A stretch of 64,000 nucleotides of DNA from Nitrosospira sp. (GTDB taxonomy: Bacteria; Pseudomonadota; Gammaproteobacteria; Burkholderiales; Nitrosomonadaceae), in contig JACCWK010000042.1 of NCBI GenBank assembly GCA_013697655.1, positions 8,051-72,050 of the forward strand. Direction: 5' to 3'. This document shows positions 1 through 8,046 of the stretch, piece after piece (position 1 is the first letter of the stretch; the number at the start of each line of letters is the position of its first letter). The position numbers and the translations under genes were made by a program. Under the pieces are notes generated by a model, which did no database searches, was not told where the DNA came from, and saw only the letters and a program-made list of their open reading frames with translations.

Positions 1-2
1 AA

Positions 3-2522
3 TTGCTCGACTACGTGGAAAATTTCATCCTCTATTACAAGGGCAGCCAGAAGATCATCGCGCAGAACCACCAGTTCATCGGCGTGAACCGGGCTTATGA
101 AACTTTCCTCAGGCGCGAGGAACTGGCGGGAAAACTGGGTGTTTTCTGGCACACGCAGGGTTCGGGCAAGAGTTTTTCGATGATCTTCTATGCCCGCAAA
201 ATCTTCCGCAAGCAGACGGGTAATTTCACCTTCGTGGTGGTGACCGACCGCGACGACCTGGATGGGCAGATTTACCGCAACTTCCTGAATACCGGCACAG
301 TCACCCAGGCCGAGGCTGCGCAGCCCAAAAACAGCGAGGAGATGCGCAAGTTCCTCGGGCAGAACAAGCGGCTGGTGTTCACCTTGATCCAGAAATTTCG
401 CTGGGACCGGGGCCTGGAATATCCCGAGCTTTCACCGCGCAACGACATCATCGTGATTGTGGACGAGGCGCATCGCACGCAATACAAGTCGCTGGCGGAG
501 AATATGCGCAAGGGTTTGCCCAGCGCGCAATACCTGGCCTTCACCGGCACGCCGCTGCTGGGGCGCGAGCGCAAGACCAATGCGTGGTTCGGCGGTTACG
601 TTTCGGAATACAACTTCCAGCAGTCCATGGACGACGGCGCGACGGTGCCGCTGTTTTACGAAAAGCGCGTACCGGAGGTGCTGATCCAGAACGAGGGGCT
701 GAGTGGAGAGTTCTACGAGATTCTGGAAGACGAGAATCTGGACGAGGCGCAGCAGGCCAAGCTGGAGCGGCGCTTTGCCAAGGAGGTTGAAGTCATCAAG
801 CGTGACGACCGGTTGGAGAAGATTGCGCGGGATATTGTGTATCACTTCCCCCGGCGCGGTTATCTGGGCAAGGGGCTGGTGGTGTCGGTGGATAAATTCA
901 CCGCCGTGAAGATGTACGACAAGGTGCAGCGGCTCTGGAAGGAAGAGATTAAAGCCTTGCTGGGGCGCATCGGCAAATCAGCCAACGACATCGAAAAAGC
1001 GCGGCTGAAACAGATTGTCGAGCACATGCGCGCGGTGGAAATGGCGGTGGTGGTCAGCGAAGACGCGGACGAGGAGACGAAATTCGCCGTGCAGGGTCTG
1101 GACAGCAAGCCGCACCGGGCGCGCATGAACAAGCTGGACGAGCATGGGCACGACATCGAGTACAACTTCAAGGACGCAGCGCATCCGCTGCAACTAGTGT
1201 TCGTTTGCGCCATGTGGTTGACGGGTTTTGATGCGCCCACGCTTTCGACGATGTATCTCGACAAGCCGATGCAGGGACATACCCTGATGCAGACCATCGC
1301 CCGCGCTAACCGCGTCACGTCGTGGAAGATCAACGGGGTCGAGAAGCGCAACGGTGAGATCGTGGACTACTACAACGTGTTTCGCAACATGAAGCTGGCG
1401 CTGAAGGACTACGCGCAAGGAGGCGATGAGGCCGAGCCGCCCGTTAAGGAAAAATCAGAGTTGTTCCGATTGCTGGACGATGCGATCGAGCAGGGCCTGG
1501 CATTCTGCTATGAGAAAGAGGTTGCGCTGCGTGAGGTGCTGGGCAGTGATGATGTGTTCAAGAATATTGGCCGCTTCAATGTCTTTGCCGATACCTTGCT
1601 GAGTAACGACGAATGGCGCAAGGGATTCAATGTGTATGAAAACACGGTCACGTCGCTGTATGAGGCGTGCAAGCCGGAAATCATGGCGCGCGGCAAACAG
1701 GGCAGGACACGTGAAGTGGCTGCATTCCAGTATTTACGCGGGGTAATCGATAGCCTCATTGAGCGGAAAGACATCGACGCGATCAGCCTGAAGATCGCCA
1801 AACTACTGGATGAGAGCGTGGTGGTGAACGACGCGGAGGATTTCAAGGCGCGGCAGTACAATGCGGAATACCAGATCATCCAGAAGGGCAAGACCTGGGA
1901 TCTCAGCAAGATCAACTTTGACAAGCTGCGCGAGGAGTTCAAACAGGCAACCTACAAGAATATCGAAATTGCCGATCTGCGCGCTTTCCTGCAACACAAG
2001 CTGGAACTGATGCTGCAACAGAATGCGACGCGCACTGATTTTGCTCAGCGATTGCAACAGATTATCGATGCCTACAATTCCGGCGGTTCATCCACCGAGA
2101 ATTATTATGAAGACCTGATGAAGTTCACCGAGGATTTGCGCGCGGAGGATGAGCGGCACATCCGCGAGGGCCTGACAGAAGACGAGCTGGAATTATTCGA
2201 CCTGCTGAAGAAAGATAAGATGACGCAAGAAGAAACTCAAAATGTCAGGCTCGCGGCCAAGTCCTTGCTGCATCGTTTGCTGGAAGAGCATCCCAGGGTG
2301 CTGGTGCAGGATTGGTATAAAGACGGGCAGAGCAAGCGCAAGGTGCTTTCCGCGGTGGAAGAAGTGTTGCACACCAATCTTCCGGAAAGCTATGACCGCG
2401 TACTGTTTAAGGAGAAATGCGACAACGTGTTTTACCTGATGCTCGATTACGCTAGCCATGGCAGGAAGTGGGCAGCTATGCCTAATCAGCTAACGCTTGT
2501 GCAGCATGGGAGAATAGCTTAA
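3..2522 (+). CDS. hsdR: Type I restriction enzyme R subunit, 5' end outside the window
   Basis: Walker A HTQGSGKS, motif II IVDEAHR, motif III AFTGTP, DKFTAV, MWLTGFDAP and LMQTIARANR, plus a C-terminal region typical of HsdR. Confidence 0.95.
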   Translation: MLDYVENFILYYKGSQKIIAQNHQFIGVNRAYETFLRREELAGKLGVFWHTQGSGKSFSMIFYARKIFRKQTGNFTFVVVTDRDDLDGQIYRNFLNTGTVTQAEAAQPKNSEEMRKFLGQNKRLVFTLIQKFRWDRGLEYPELSPRNDIIVIVDEAHRTQYKSLAENMRKGLPSAQYLAFTGTPLLGRERKTNAWFGGYVSEYNFQQSMDDGATVPLFYEKRVPEVLIQNEGLSGEFYEILEDENLDEAQQAKLERRFAKEVEVIKRDDRLEKIARDIVYHFPRRGYLGKGLVVSVDKFTAVKMYDKVQRLWKEEIKALLGRIGKSANDIEKARLKQIVEHMRAVEMAVVVSEDADEETKFAVQGLDSKPHRARMNKLDEHGHDIEYNFKDAAHPLQLVFVCAMWLTGFDAPTLSTMYLDKPMQGHTLMQTIARANRVTSWKINGVEKRNGEIVDYYNVFRNMKLALKDYAQGGDEAEPPVKEKSELFRLLDDAIEQGLAFCYEKEVALREVLGSDDVFKNIGRFNVFADTLLSNDEWRKGFNVYENTVTSLYEACKPEIMARGKQGRTREVAAFQYLRGVIDSLIERKDIDAISLKIAKLLDESVVVNDAEDFKARQYNAEYQIIQKGKTWDLSKINFDKLREEFKQATYKNIEIADLRAFLQHKLELMLQQNATRTDFAQRLQQIIDAYNSGGSSTENYYEDLMKFTEDLRAEDERHIREGLTEDELELFDLLKKDKMTQEETQNVRLAAKSLLHRLLEEHPRVLVQDWYKDGQSKRKVLSAVEEVLHTNLPESYDRVLFKEKCDNVFYLMLDYASHGRKWAAMPNQLTLVQHGRIA

Positions 2523-2593
2523 ATCCCGCATGTATTTTAGTTTGTATAGGAAGGCAAACAAATTGGACCAAGATACAGTATTGTGGCAGCAGC

Positions 2594-2661
2594 ATTGGGG
2601 ACAGACTACGGTTTTCGCTTCCCGGTTGCTCATGCGAGTGAAACCGTGGTCTGTCCCCAAT
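2594..2661. repeat. REP/MITE-like inverted repeat with 21 bp arms and one mismatch
   Basis: ATTGGGGACAGACTACGGTTT at 2594-2614 is the reverse complement of AAACCGTGGTCTGTCCCCAAT at 2641-2661 except at one base; the spacer is 26 nt. Confidence 0.85.
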
Positions 2662-2709
2662 TCTGCGCCTGCAATTCTGCGCCAATTCTGCGCTGTGCCC
2701 AATTCTGCG
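2658..2709. repeat. Four copies of the decamer CAATTCTGCG with irregular spacers
   Basis: Copies at 2658-2667, 2672-2681, 2683-2692 and 2700-2709, starting at the outer end of the right IR arm. Confidence 0.9.
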
Positions 2710-2721
2710 GAATAGAAACCG

Positions 2722-3435
2722 ATGCTGCAAGAGCATAATCCCAGAACCTGGATACATCATCTTTTTACTTGGCCGGTATTGCTGCTATTGATGCAGAACT
2801 GCGCGGCCTGGGCAAGCAATGATGAGTTCAAGGCCAGGTGCGTAAAGCTGGCAGTGGCCGCCGCGGTAGTGGTTACGTTCACGGACATTGCCACTTCCGA
2901 GAACAGCTCGCACACCGTGGAATCCCTTAAATCGCTATCGGGCAAGACCAGTGACCCGCATCACAATGTGTATGGCCTGACGCATACTGAGCCGATATTC
3001 AGTTATGAAATCAAACCAAGGTGGCTGATCGGTCCTGCGGGACGGACATGCATGGTGCCTGATGTATCAGTAAAAATGGGATTTTCGGCAATGCGGATAT
3101 ACCTTGCCAGGGAGCTGCAGGATAGTTGCAGAAAAAACATTGTTCGTGACCACGAACTGCAGCATGTGTCGGCCTGGAAGTCACACCTTCGCATTGGTGC
3201 AAAATTGCTGGAGGAACCATTACGCCTAGCTTTTTCTCAACCACGTTATTACGCATCCACAGCTCAAGCGCAAGCTGACTTGCAACCATGGGTGGAAGGA
3301 GTGCTGAAGCCTCTTCATCAACGAATAATGAAAAGCGTCACATCAGCGCAACGCGCGATTGACTCATCGATATCCTACACTCATGTAAAAAACCGCCTGC
3401 GTAATTGCCCTCCCAGCGCCAATGGAGTGTTGTGA
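2722..3435 (+). CDS. Secreted hypothetical protein with an HExxH motif (DUF922-like putative Zn peptidase)
   Basis: 237 aa ORF with a hydrophobic N-terminus ending in AWA, a DHELQH motif and several Cys. The family assignment is inference. Confidence 0.55.
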   Translation: MLQEHNPRTWIHHLFTWPVLLLLMQNCAAWASNDEFKARCVKLAVAAAVVVTFTDIATSENSSHTVESLKSLSGKTSDPHHNVYGLTHTEPIFSYEIKPRWLIGPAGRTCMVPDVSVKMGFSAMRIYLARELQDSCRKNIVRDHELQHVSAWKSHLRIGAKLLEEPLRLAFSQPRYYASTAQAQADLQPWVEGVLKPLHQRIMKSVTSAQRAIDSSISYTHVKNRLRNCPPSANGVL

Positions 3436-3618
3436 GGGATTATGAATTGCCCGGTCCCCGAAGCCATTCGCCTGGGTAATGCTGGAACGTATCCAGTTCT
3501 GCCGCGTTCACCAGGGACGAAAAATTTCGGGTAGCAAGAATGCCTGCCATTGGCTCTGGACGCATAACCGGCCAGGGAGAAAAATCGGTTAGCCAAAATC
3601 TGAATTCGAACGGTTTAG

Positions 3619-4434
3619 TTACATATTGCGGCTCTTCTTAATCAACTCATAAGCAGCCTGTACTTCCTGAGTTTGTGCGGTAGCCATGGAAATCATATCC
3701 TCTGGTACACCTTGGCCCATTAATTTGTCAGGGTGGTACTGGCTCATCAGCTTTCGATAAGCACGTTTGATTTCCTGATCGCTATTTTCTTTCGTCACAC
3801 CTAATGCTTTATAAGCATCGTCCAGAGCGGTGACGGAGGTGGTCTGCCCGCCGGCAAAGTGTGACTGACCTAAAACCATATCCAGCAGTTGCTTGAACGC
3901 GAACTGGTCGTAGCCCAGATGAAGAGCAAATTCTTTTAACAAACCTTCCTCAGCCGCATCCAGCCGTCCGTCTGACAATGCCATGACAATAAGATAAATC
4001 AGCAGCATCTGCTTCAGGCTGTTCGTGTGTCCGCAGACTGCCATGAATTCTTGCAGCTTAGGCTCAATATTAAAGCCCGGCGCCGCTCCCTGTTTAAACA
4101 GGGCGATTGCCAATTGTCGATGCGCAGAGGACATTCCCAGCTTCTGCATGAAATCTTCAACATGATTAATCTCATCCTGCGAGACATGCCCATCTGCTTT
4201 GGCAAGCTTTCCCATTAAGATGAAAACGGTTTCAATGAAAACTGTCTGGCGATGGGCGGTAGTGAGCGGATTAATCCCACCCGCACCGTAGGCTCTATAA
4301 CGGTCGATAAAACTTCCGACGATATATCCGACGAACGCGCCGAAAATACCCAGGAGGTAGTAACCTAATAGGACTCCGATTATTTTAAACAAAGGGGTTC
4401 CCTGAAATTTATGTAAAAAAGGATAGTCGTACAA
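3619..4434 (-). CDS. djlA: Co-chaperone DjlA (TM anchor, TerB-like domain, J domain)
   Basis: N-terminal Gly-rich TM segment, KLAKADGHVSQDEI, and a C-terminal J domain with AYRKLMSQYHPDK. The true start is probably slightly downstream of the ORF start. Confidence 0.9.
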   Translation of the reverse strand: MYDYPFLHKFQGTPLFKIIGVLLGYYLLGIFGAFVGYIVGSFIDRYRAYGAGGINPLTTAHRQTVFIETVFILMGKLAKADGHVSQDEINHVEDFMQKLGMSSAHRQLAIALFKQGAAPGFNIEPKLQEFMAVCGHTNSLKQMLLIYLIVMALSDGRLDAAEEGLLKEFALHLGYDQFAFKQLLDMVLGQSHFAGGQTTSVTALDDAYKALGVTKENSDQEIKRAYRKLMSQYHPDKLMGQGVPEDMISMATAQTQEVQAAYELIKKSRNM

Positions 4435-4624
4435 TCAGACAATTATTACTGAAATCTGCATTCTTTAGTTGGCATATAAAAGCTGAGAAATTTATTAATT
4501 CTGATTCTTAACTCAGCGTCCGCAAGTAAGCGCGATGATATCCATCAAAACTCCCTGCCCAAGCACAATGTAAATGGGGATTGCGGCAGGTCCATTCAAT
4601 ACATGCGAAACAAAGGAGACACCG

Positions 4625-5347
4625 ATGATTGAATTGCATTCGAGCCCTACACCTAATGGCCAGAAGGTGATGATCATGCTTGAAGAAACCGGAGTCGAAT
4701 GGAAACACATCGACGTCAATATCCGAATCGGCGAGCAATTTAAGCCTGAACATTTAAAGCTCAACCCCAATAACAAGATTCCAGCCATTGTGGATGCGGA
4801 GGGACCTGGAGGCGGGCAATACACGATGATGGAATCCGGCGCCATTCTCCTTTATCTCGCTGAGAAAACTGGAAAGTTCTTACCAAAAGATATGCGCAAA
4901 CGCTATGACACGATGCAGTGGCTATTTTTTCAGGTGGCACATGTTGGCCCCATGTTCGGCCAAGCCAATCACTTCAACGGCCAGGCTAAAGATAATCAAT
5001 ACGCCAGGGATCGATATAATAACGAGGTGCAGCGTCTGTATCGGGTACTGGACAACCGGCTCGGCAAATATCAGTGGCTCGCTTGCGAGGACGAATACAC
5101 TATTGCCGACATCGCAACTTATCCGTGGTGTAAGGGACATAAAGATCGTGGCATAGACAAGGCTGTTTTCCCGCATTTCATACGCTGGTTCGAGGCGGTG
5201 GAAGCGCGGCCGGCCGTTCAGCGCAGCAATGACATGGCGGCTGAAATTCGCGCGCGCATGAGCAAAGCTGTAGAGGGTCAGGCACCCATTAATATCTACG
5301 ATACCAAAGATAACGCCGAGCGGCTTGCTCTCGCTACCTCGCACTAG
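4625..5347 (+). CDS. Glutathione S-transferase family protein (YfcG-like)
   Basis: PTPNGQKV, LNPNNKIPAI, ESGAILLYLAEK and YTIADIA motifs. AAGGAG RBS precedes the ATG at 4625. Confidence 0.9.
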   Translation: MIELHSSPTPNGQKVMIMLEETGVEWKHIDVNIRIGEQFKPEHLKLNPNNKIPAIVDAEGPGGGQYTMMESGAILLYLAEKTGKFLPKDMRKRYDTMQWLFFQVAHVGPMFGQANHFNGQAKDNQYARDRYNNEVQRLYRVLDNRLGKYQWLACEDEYTIADIATYPWCKGHKDRGIDKAVFPHFIRWFEAVEARPAVQRSNDMAAEIRARMSKAVEGQAPINIYDTKDNAERLALATSH

Positions 5348-5624
5348 TGCCCAGCACATGTCTCTGGTAAAAAGATGCGAAGATCAGGATTACCGGCCCT
5401 ATCTAAGACAACTTTGCAGTCCAACTCACCCTGGATCCCTCAAGCCGCAGCTGCAAGGGAAGCGGCAGGCATCAATATGATTGCGGAAATATCTCTTAAA
5501 ATGTTAATACGTGGTCCTGCCTGGCAGGAATGAAGCGAATTGACTTATCCACGTTTTCGCCCGGCAGATTCAGCTAGGGAGGCACGGCCCCTGCCCGTCT
5601 GGCTCATATATATCTCTGAACCAC

Positions 5625-5651
5625 AAAAAAACCCCGCCAATCAGGCGGGGG
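5625..5651 (-). terminator. Rho-independent terminator of the PEP-CTERM gene
   Basis: CCCCGCC-AATCA-GGCGGGG hairpin with an A7 run at 5625-5631 (U tract on the minus strand), about 30 nt after the stop. Confidence 0.8.
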
Positions 5652-5683
5652 TCCTGTTAGCGTAAATCCTTTATGCTTACAGC

Positions 5684-6286
5684 TTATTGCTTATTGCTTT
5701 TACGCTTTGCAATACCACCCATTAAAAGCAGCCCTGCCAGCAGCATGGCATAAGTTTCCGGTTCCGGAATGGTCGGTACTTGTGTCAGAGTAAAAGTGGT
5801 GGTGTTACCGGCGCCCGGATCGAATGGGCTCAAGTTAAAGCTCGCGTTGGCCGTCTGGCCGTCCAATAATGTTCCTGTAAAGTTAAGATTACGTGGACCG
5901 CTTGAGCCATCGAGCGTAAAGTCAGCAAACGTTGAACCCGCGTTGAATTGGGTAAATACAACGCCTTGACCCCGGTCTGGTTCGATAATACTGTAATGGA
6001 AGTCCGTCCAGGTCTGGCCAGTATTGTTGAGAACGTCCTCGACTACCGAATAGGGATTTCCGGTACCAGCCGCGTGGGCAACCGTAAATGTCAGCGAGAT
6101 TGGATTAATGCTGGTAAATGTCTTATCAATATCCAGGGTGCGGTCCGCACCAATAACACCCGAGTCAAACGTTCCCCCTGATAAATCGGTGGCCGTGATA
6201 TTAGTGATGACGCCCGCTGCGTTTGCGGTTGAGATGGTACCTCCCAAAACGAAAGCGGCTATGATTGCTTTTGACAGTGTGTTCAT
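5684..6286 (-). CDS. PEP-CTERM sorting domain protein
   Basis: Signal peptide MNTLSKAIIAAFVLGGTISTANA, a Thr/Gly/Asn-rich body, and a C-terminal IPEPETYAMLLAGLLLMGG with basic tail KRK. AGGAG RBS present. Confidence 0.92.
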   Translation of the reverse strand: MNTLSKAIIAAFVLGGTISTANAAGVITNITATDLSGGTFDSGVIGADRTLDIDKTFTSINPISLTFTVAHAAGTGNPYSVVEDVLNNTGQTWTDFHYSIIEPDRGQGVVFTQFNAGSTFADFTLDGSSGPRNLNFTGTLLDGQTANASFNLSPFDPGAGNTTTFTLTQVPTIPEPETYAMLLAGLLLMGGIAKRKSNKQ

Positions 6287-6404
6287 TTTTTTCTCCTAAG
6301 ATAAGTTTCGGTACATTCGATAAACAGGTGTTTCTTATACAGAACCATCGCTCTTTCGAATCCCCCCAAAGCTGCTTATTGTGGAAGGAGTCAGTTATAC
6401 TGTT

Positions 6405-6420
6405 AGCATCTATCGTGCCA
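6405..6420 (-). promoter_or_regulatory. Sigma-54 (-24/-12) promoter for the PEP-CTERM gene
   Basis: The minus strand reads TGGCACGATAGATGCT, matching TGGCACG-N4-TTGCW with correct GG/GC spacing, about 120 nt upstream of the ATG. Confidence 0.75.
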
Positions 6421-6485
6421 ATAAAAAATAGACTATTAATCCAATTGGTTGAGAAAAACGCCCACTCAGACTGAGCAATTTGGAG

Positions 6486-6503
6486 TGTCGTTGTTAAGAG
6501 ACA
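6486..6503. promoter_or_regulatory. Candidate enhancer (UAS) box 1, TGTC-N10-GACA
   Basis: TGTCGTTGTTAAGAGACA, about 65-85 bp upstream of the -24 element. Confidence 0.45.
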
Positions 6504-6611
6504 GTTAATTTGGTAGATATATTCAAGCCCGCCTGTCAGAAAGGATATTAGCGCGTTGCCATTTAACGACAGAATTTTTGCTAATTTTCAAGATGTTGAA
6601 TAAAAAAATTT

Positions 6612-6641
6612 AACTAGTGTCTCCATTTGGAGACACTAGTT
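6612..6641. promoter_or_regulatory. 30 bp palindrome containing candidate UAS box 2, TGTC-N10-GACA
   Basis: AACTAGTGTCTCCA-TT-TGGAGACACTAGTT has perfect 14 bp arms; the core at 6618-6635 has the same geometry as box 1. Confidence 0.55.
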
Positions 6642-7364
6642 CTTTAGGCCTATAATATAAATGGATAATTAGCACTTTAGAACTATGTCATAAGATCATT
6701 TCGACAGAGCTGCCTTAGCTTTTTAGTACTATGGCATGAATTGGATTCACACAATTTGTGGTCAAATTGTTTTAATACTCATAAAGGCGCCTCATCAAGA
6801 GTATCAGTGAATCTCTCAACAAGATCTTGACCGACAAACATTCGATTTTGGAAGGTTCGATACATGGGCTCGGGCTTGCTATTGTTAACTCCTTTCGAAG
6901 GATGCGCCAAAACGATCGATTTACCGAAGAAAAACAGCCTCGTGTGCTGCAAATGTCAGCAGCGAAGGAGCAGTTGGCCCTGTTCGCGCGAGGTCTGCCC
7001 GACGTTCTTGCCACAATTGACCAGAATGACCAGGTAGCCGAACTGAGGTTGTCCCGGGTACCCGCGTTCAATTTCGAGGCGGGATGTATTAATTATGAAG
7101 GTGAGCCGGGAGATAAACCCATGGATACTTGTTCCATTGCGTATGTCGTCCATTCGACACAGAGAAAGCTGTGCCCTTCAAGACGCACTGGACGCTTTAC
7201 GAGAAGCGGCGCGACCCTTAGCGAATATGGACGACACAATGGGAGCGTAAAGGGGGGGTCCTCCCCCACCTAGTCATTCAGATTTTTAATTTTCGCGCAA
7301 CCAGTCAATGTGAAAGTGAAACGATTTGCCCAAAAAGGGAACGCAAACCGGCTGGCACGCGTTA

Positions 7365-7700
7365 TTAAGATGTGCAATTCTTATTGTTATAAATAGAGAT
7401 GAGTGCACTCTTTCTATCACTGATTAAACGAGTTGCTTCACCAGCGTCGTAATAGGTATACGCCAAACCCGGAAGCCAAAAAATTGCGGCAGCAACGTTA
7501 GTTCCGGTAACGCCTTTCTTTGAGTCGATCTCAGCTTGCGCCTTATCGAGTTTTGCCAACTCCTCTTTGACCGCATTACAGGAGAGGTTTTGATCGCCAG
7601 GCTGAACCACCTGTGTTTTTTGCGATGTTGCACAACCAAATAAAAATCCGCTTAAAGCGGCGGCAACTATCGCTGTATTTCTCAAGGTAAACGACATCAC
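7365..7700 (-). CDS. Small hypothetical lipoprotein
   Basis: 111 aa with a signal peptide and lipobox LFGC, a second Cys (LSC), an amphipathic helix, a hydrophobic stretch and a C-terminal Cys. Confidence 0.75.
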   Translation of the reverse strand: MMSFTLRNTAIVAAALSGFLFGCATSQKTQVVQPGDQNLSCNAVKEELAKLDKAQAEIDSKKGVTGTNVAAAIFWLPGLAYTYYDAGEATRLISDRKSALISIYNNKNCTS

Positions 7701-8046
7701 TACACTCCCTTTCAGCCGCCCAAAGTGCGTAATCGAAGCCGGGGACGGGATCCCGCTGCGCGCAGTTGTTCATGCTATATAAATGAATATAATTACTTGC
7801 ATCGTATCCATTGTCGATCCCTATATCAAGAGCGACAGAAAGAGTTATAGGAATGAAATCATAACAAGGTCGAGTTGGAGTGGATTAATTAAACCGGGTC
7901 GAATCGTTCTGAAAACGGTACAACGCTACTCCCATCCTTTATTTCCCCCAGAATTGCGAGCTCCCACAGTCGTTTATTTTCAAAATAACGCCATCATAGG
8001 TTAAACTTGATTCAAGTTTCTCAACCAGCATAACTGGCATATATAA

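Noticed and set aside
2476-2500. GCCTAATCAGCTAACGC as an integron attC end
   Set aside because: It does not fit RYYYAAC/GTTRRRY, no paired inner boxes are visible, and there is no integrase or cassette array.
2658-2709. Decamer repeats as a CRISPR array
   Set aside because: The repeats are only 10 bp with 1-7 nt spacers, and there are no cas genes.
4469-4486. TGGCATATAAAAGCT as a sigma-54 promoter; a similar case occurs near 21490
   Set aside because: GG-to-GC spacing is one base short, which sigma-54 does not tolerate.
5545-5553. TTATCCACG as a DnaA box or origin
   Set aside because: Single imperfect copy with no cluster of boxes or origin gene context.
7345-7362. TGGCACGCGTTATTA as a sigma-54 promoter
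   Set aside because: It has the -24 element but no GC at -12, and no downstream plus-strand gene.
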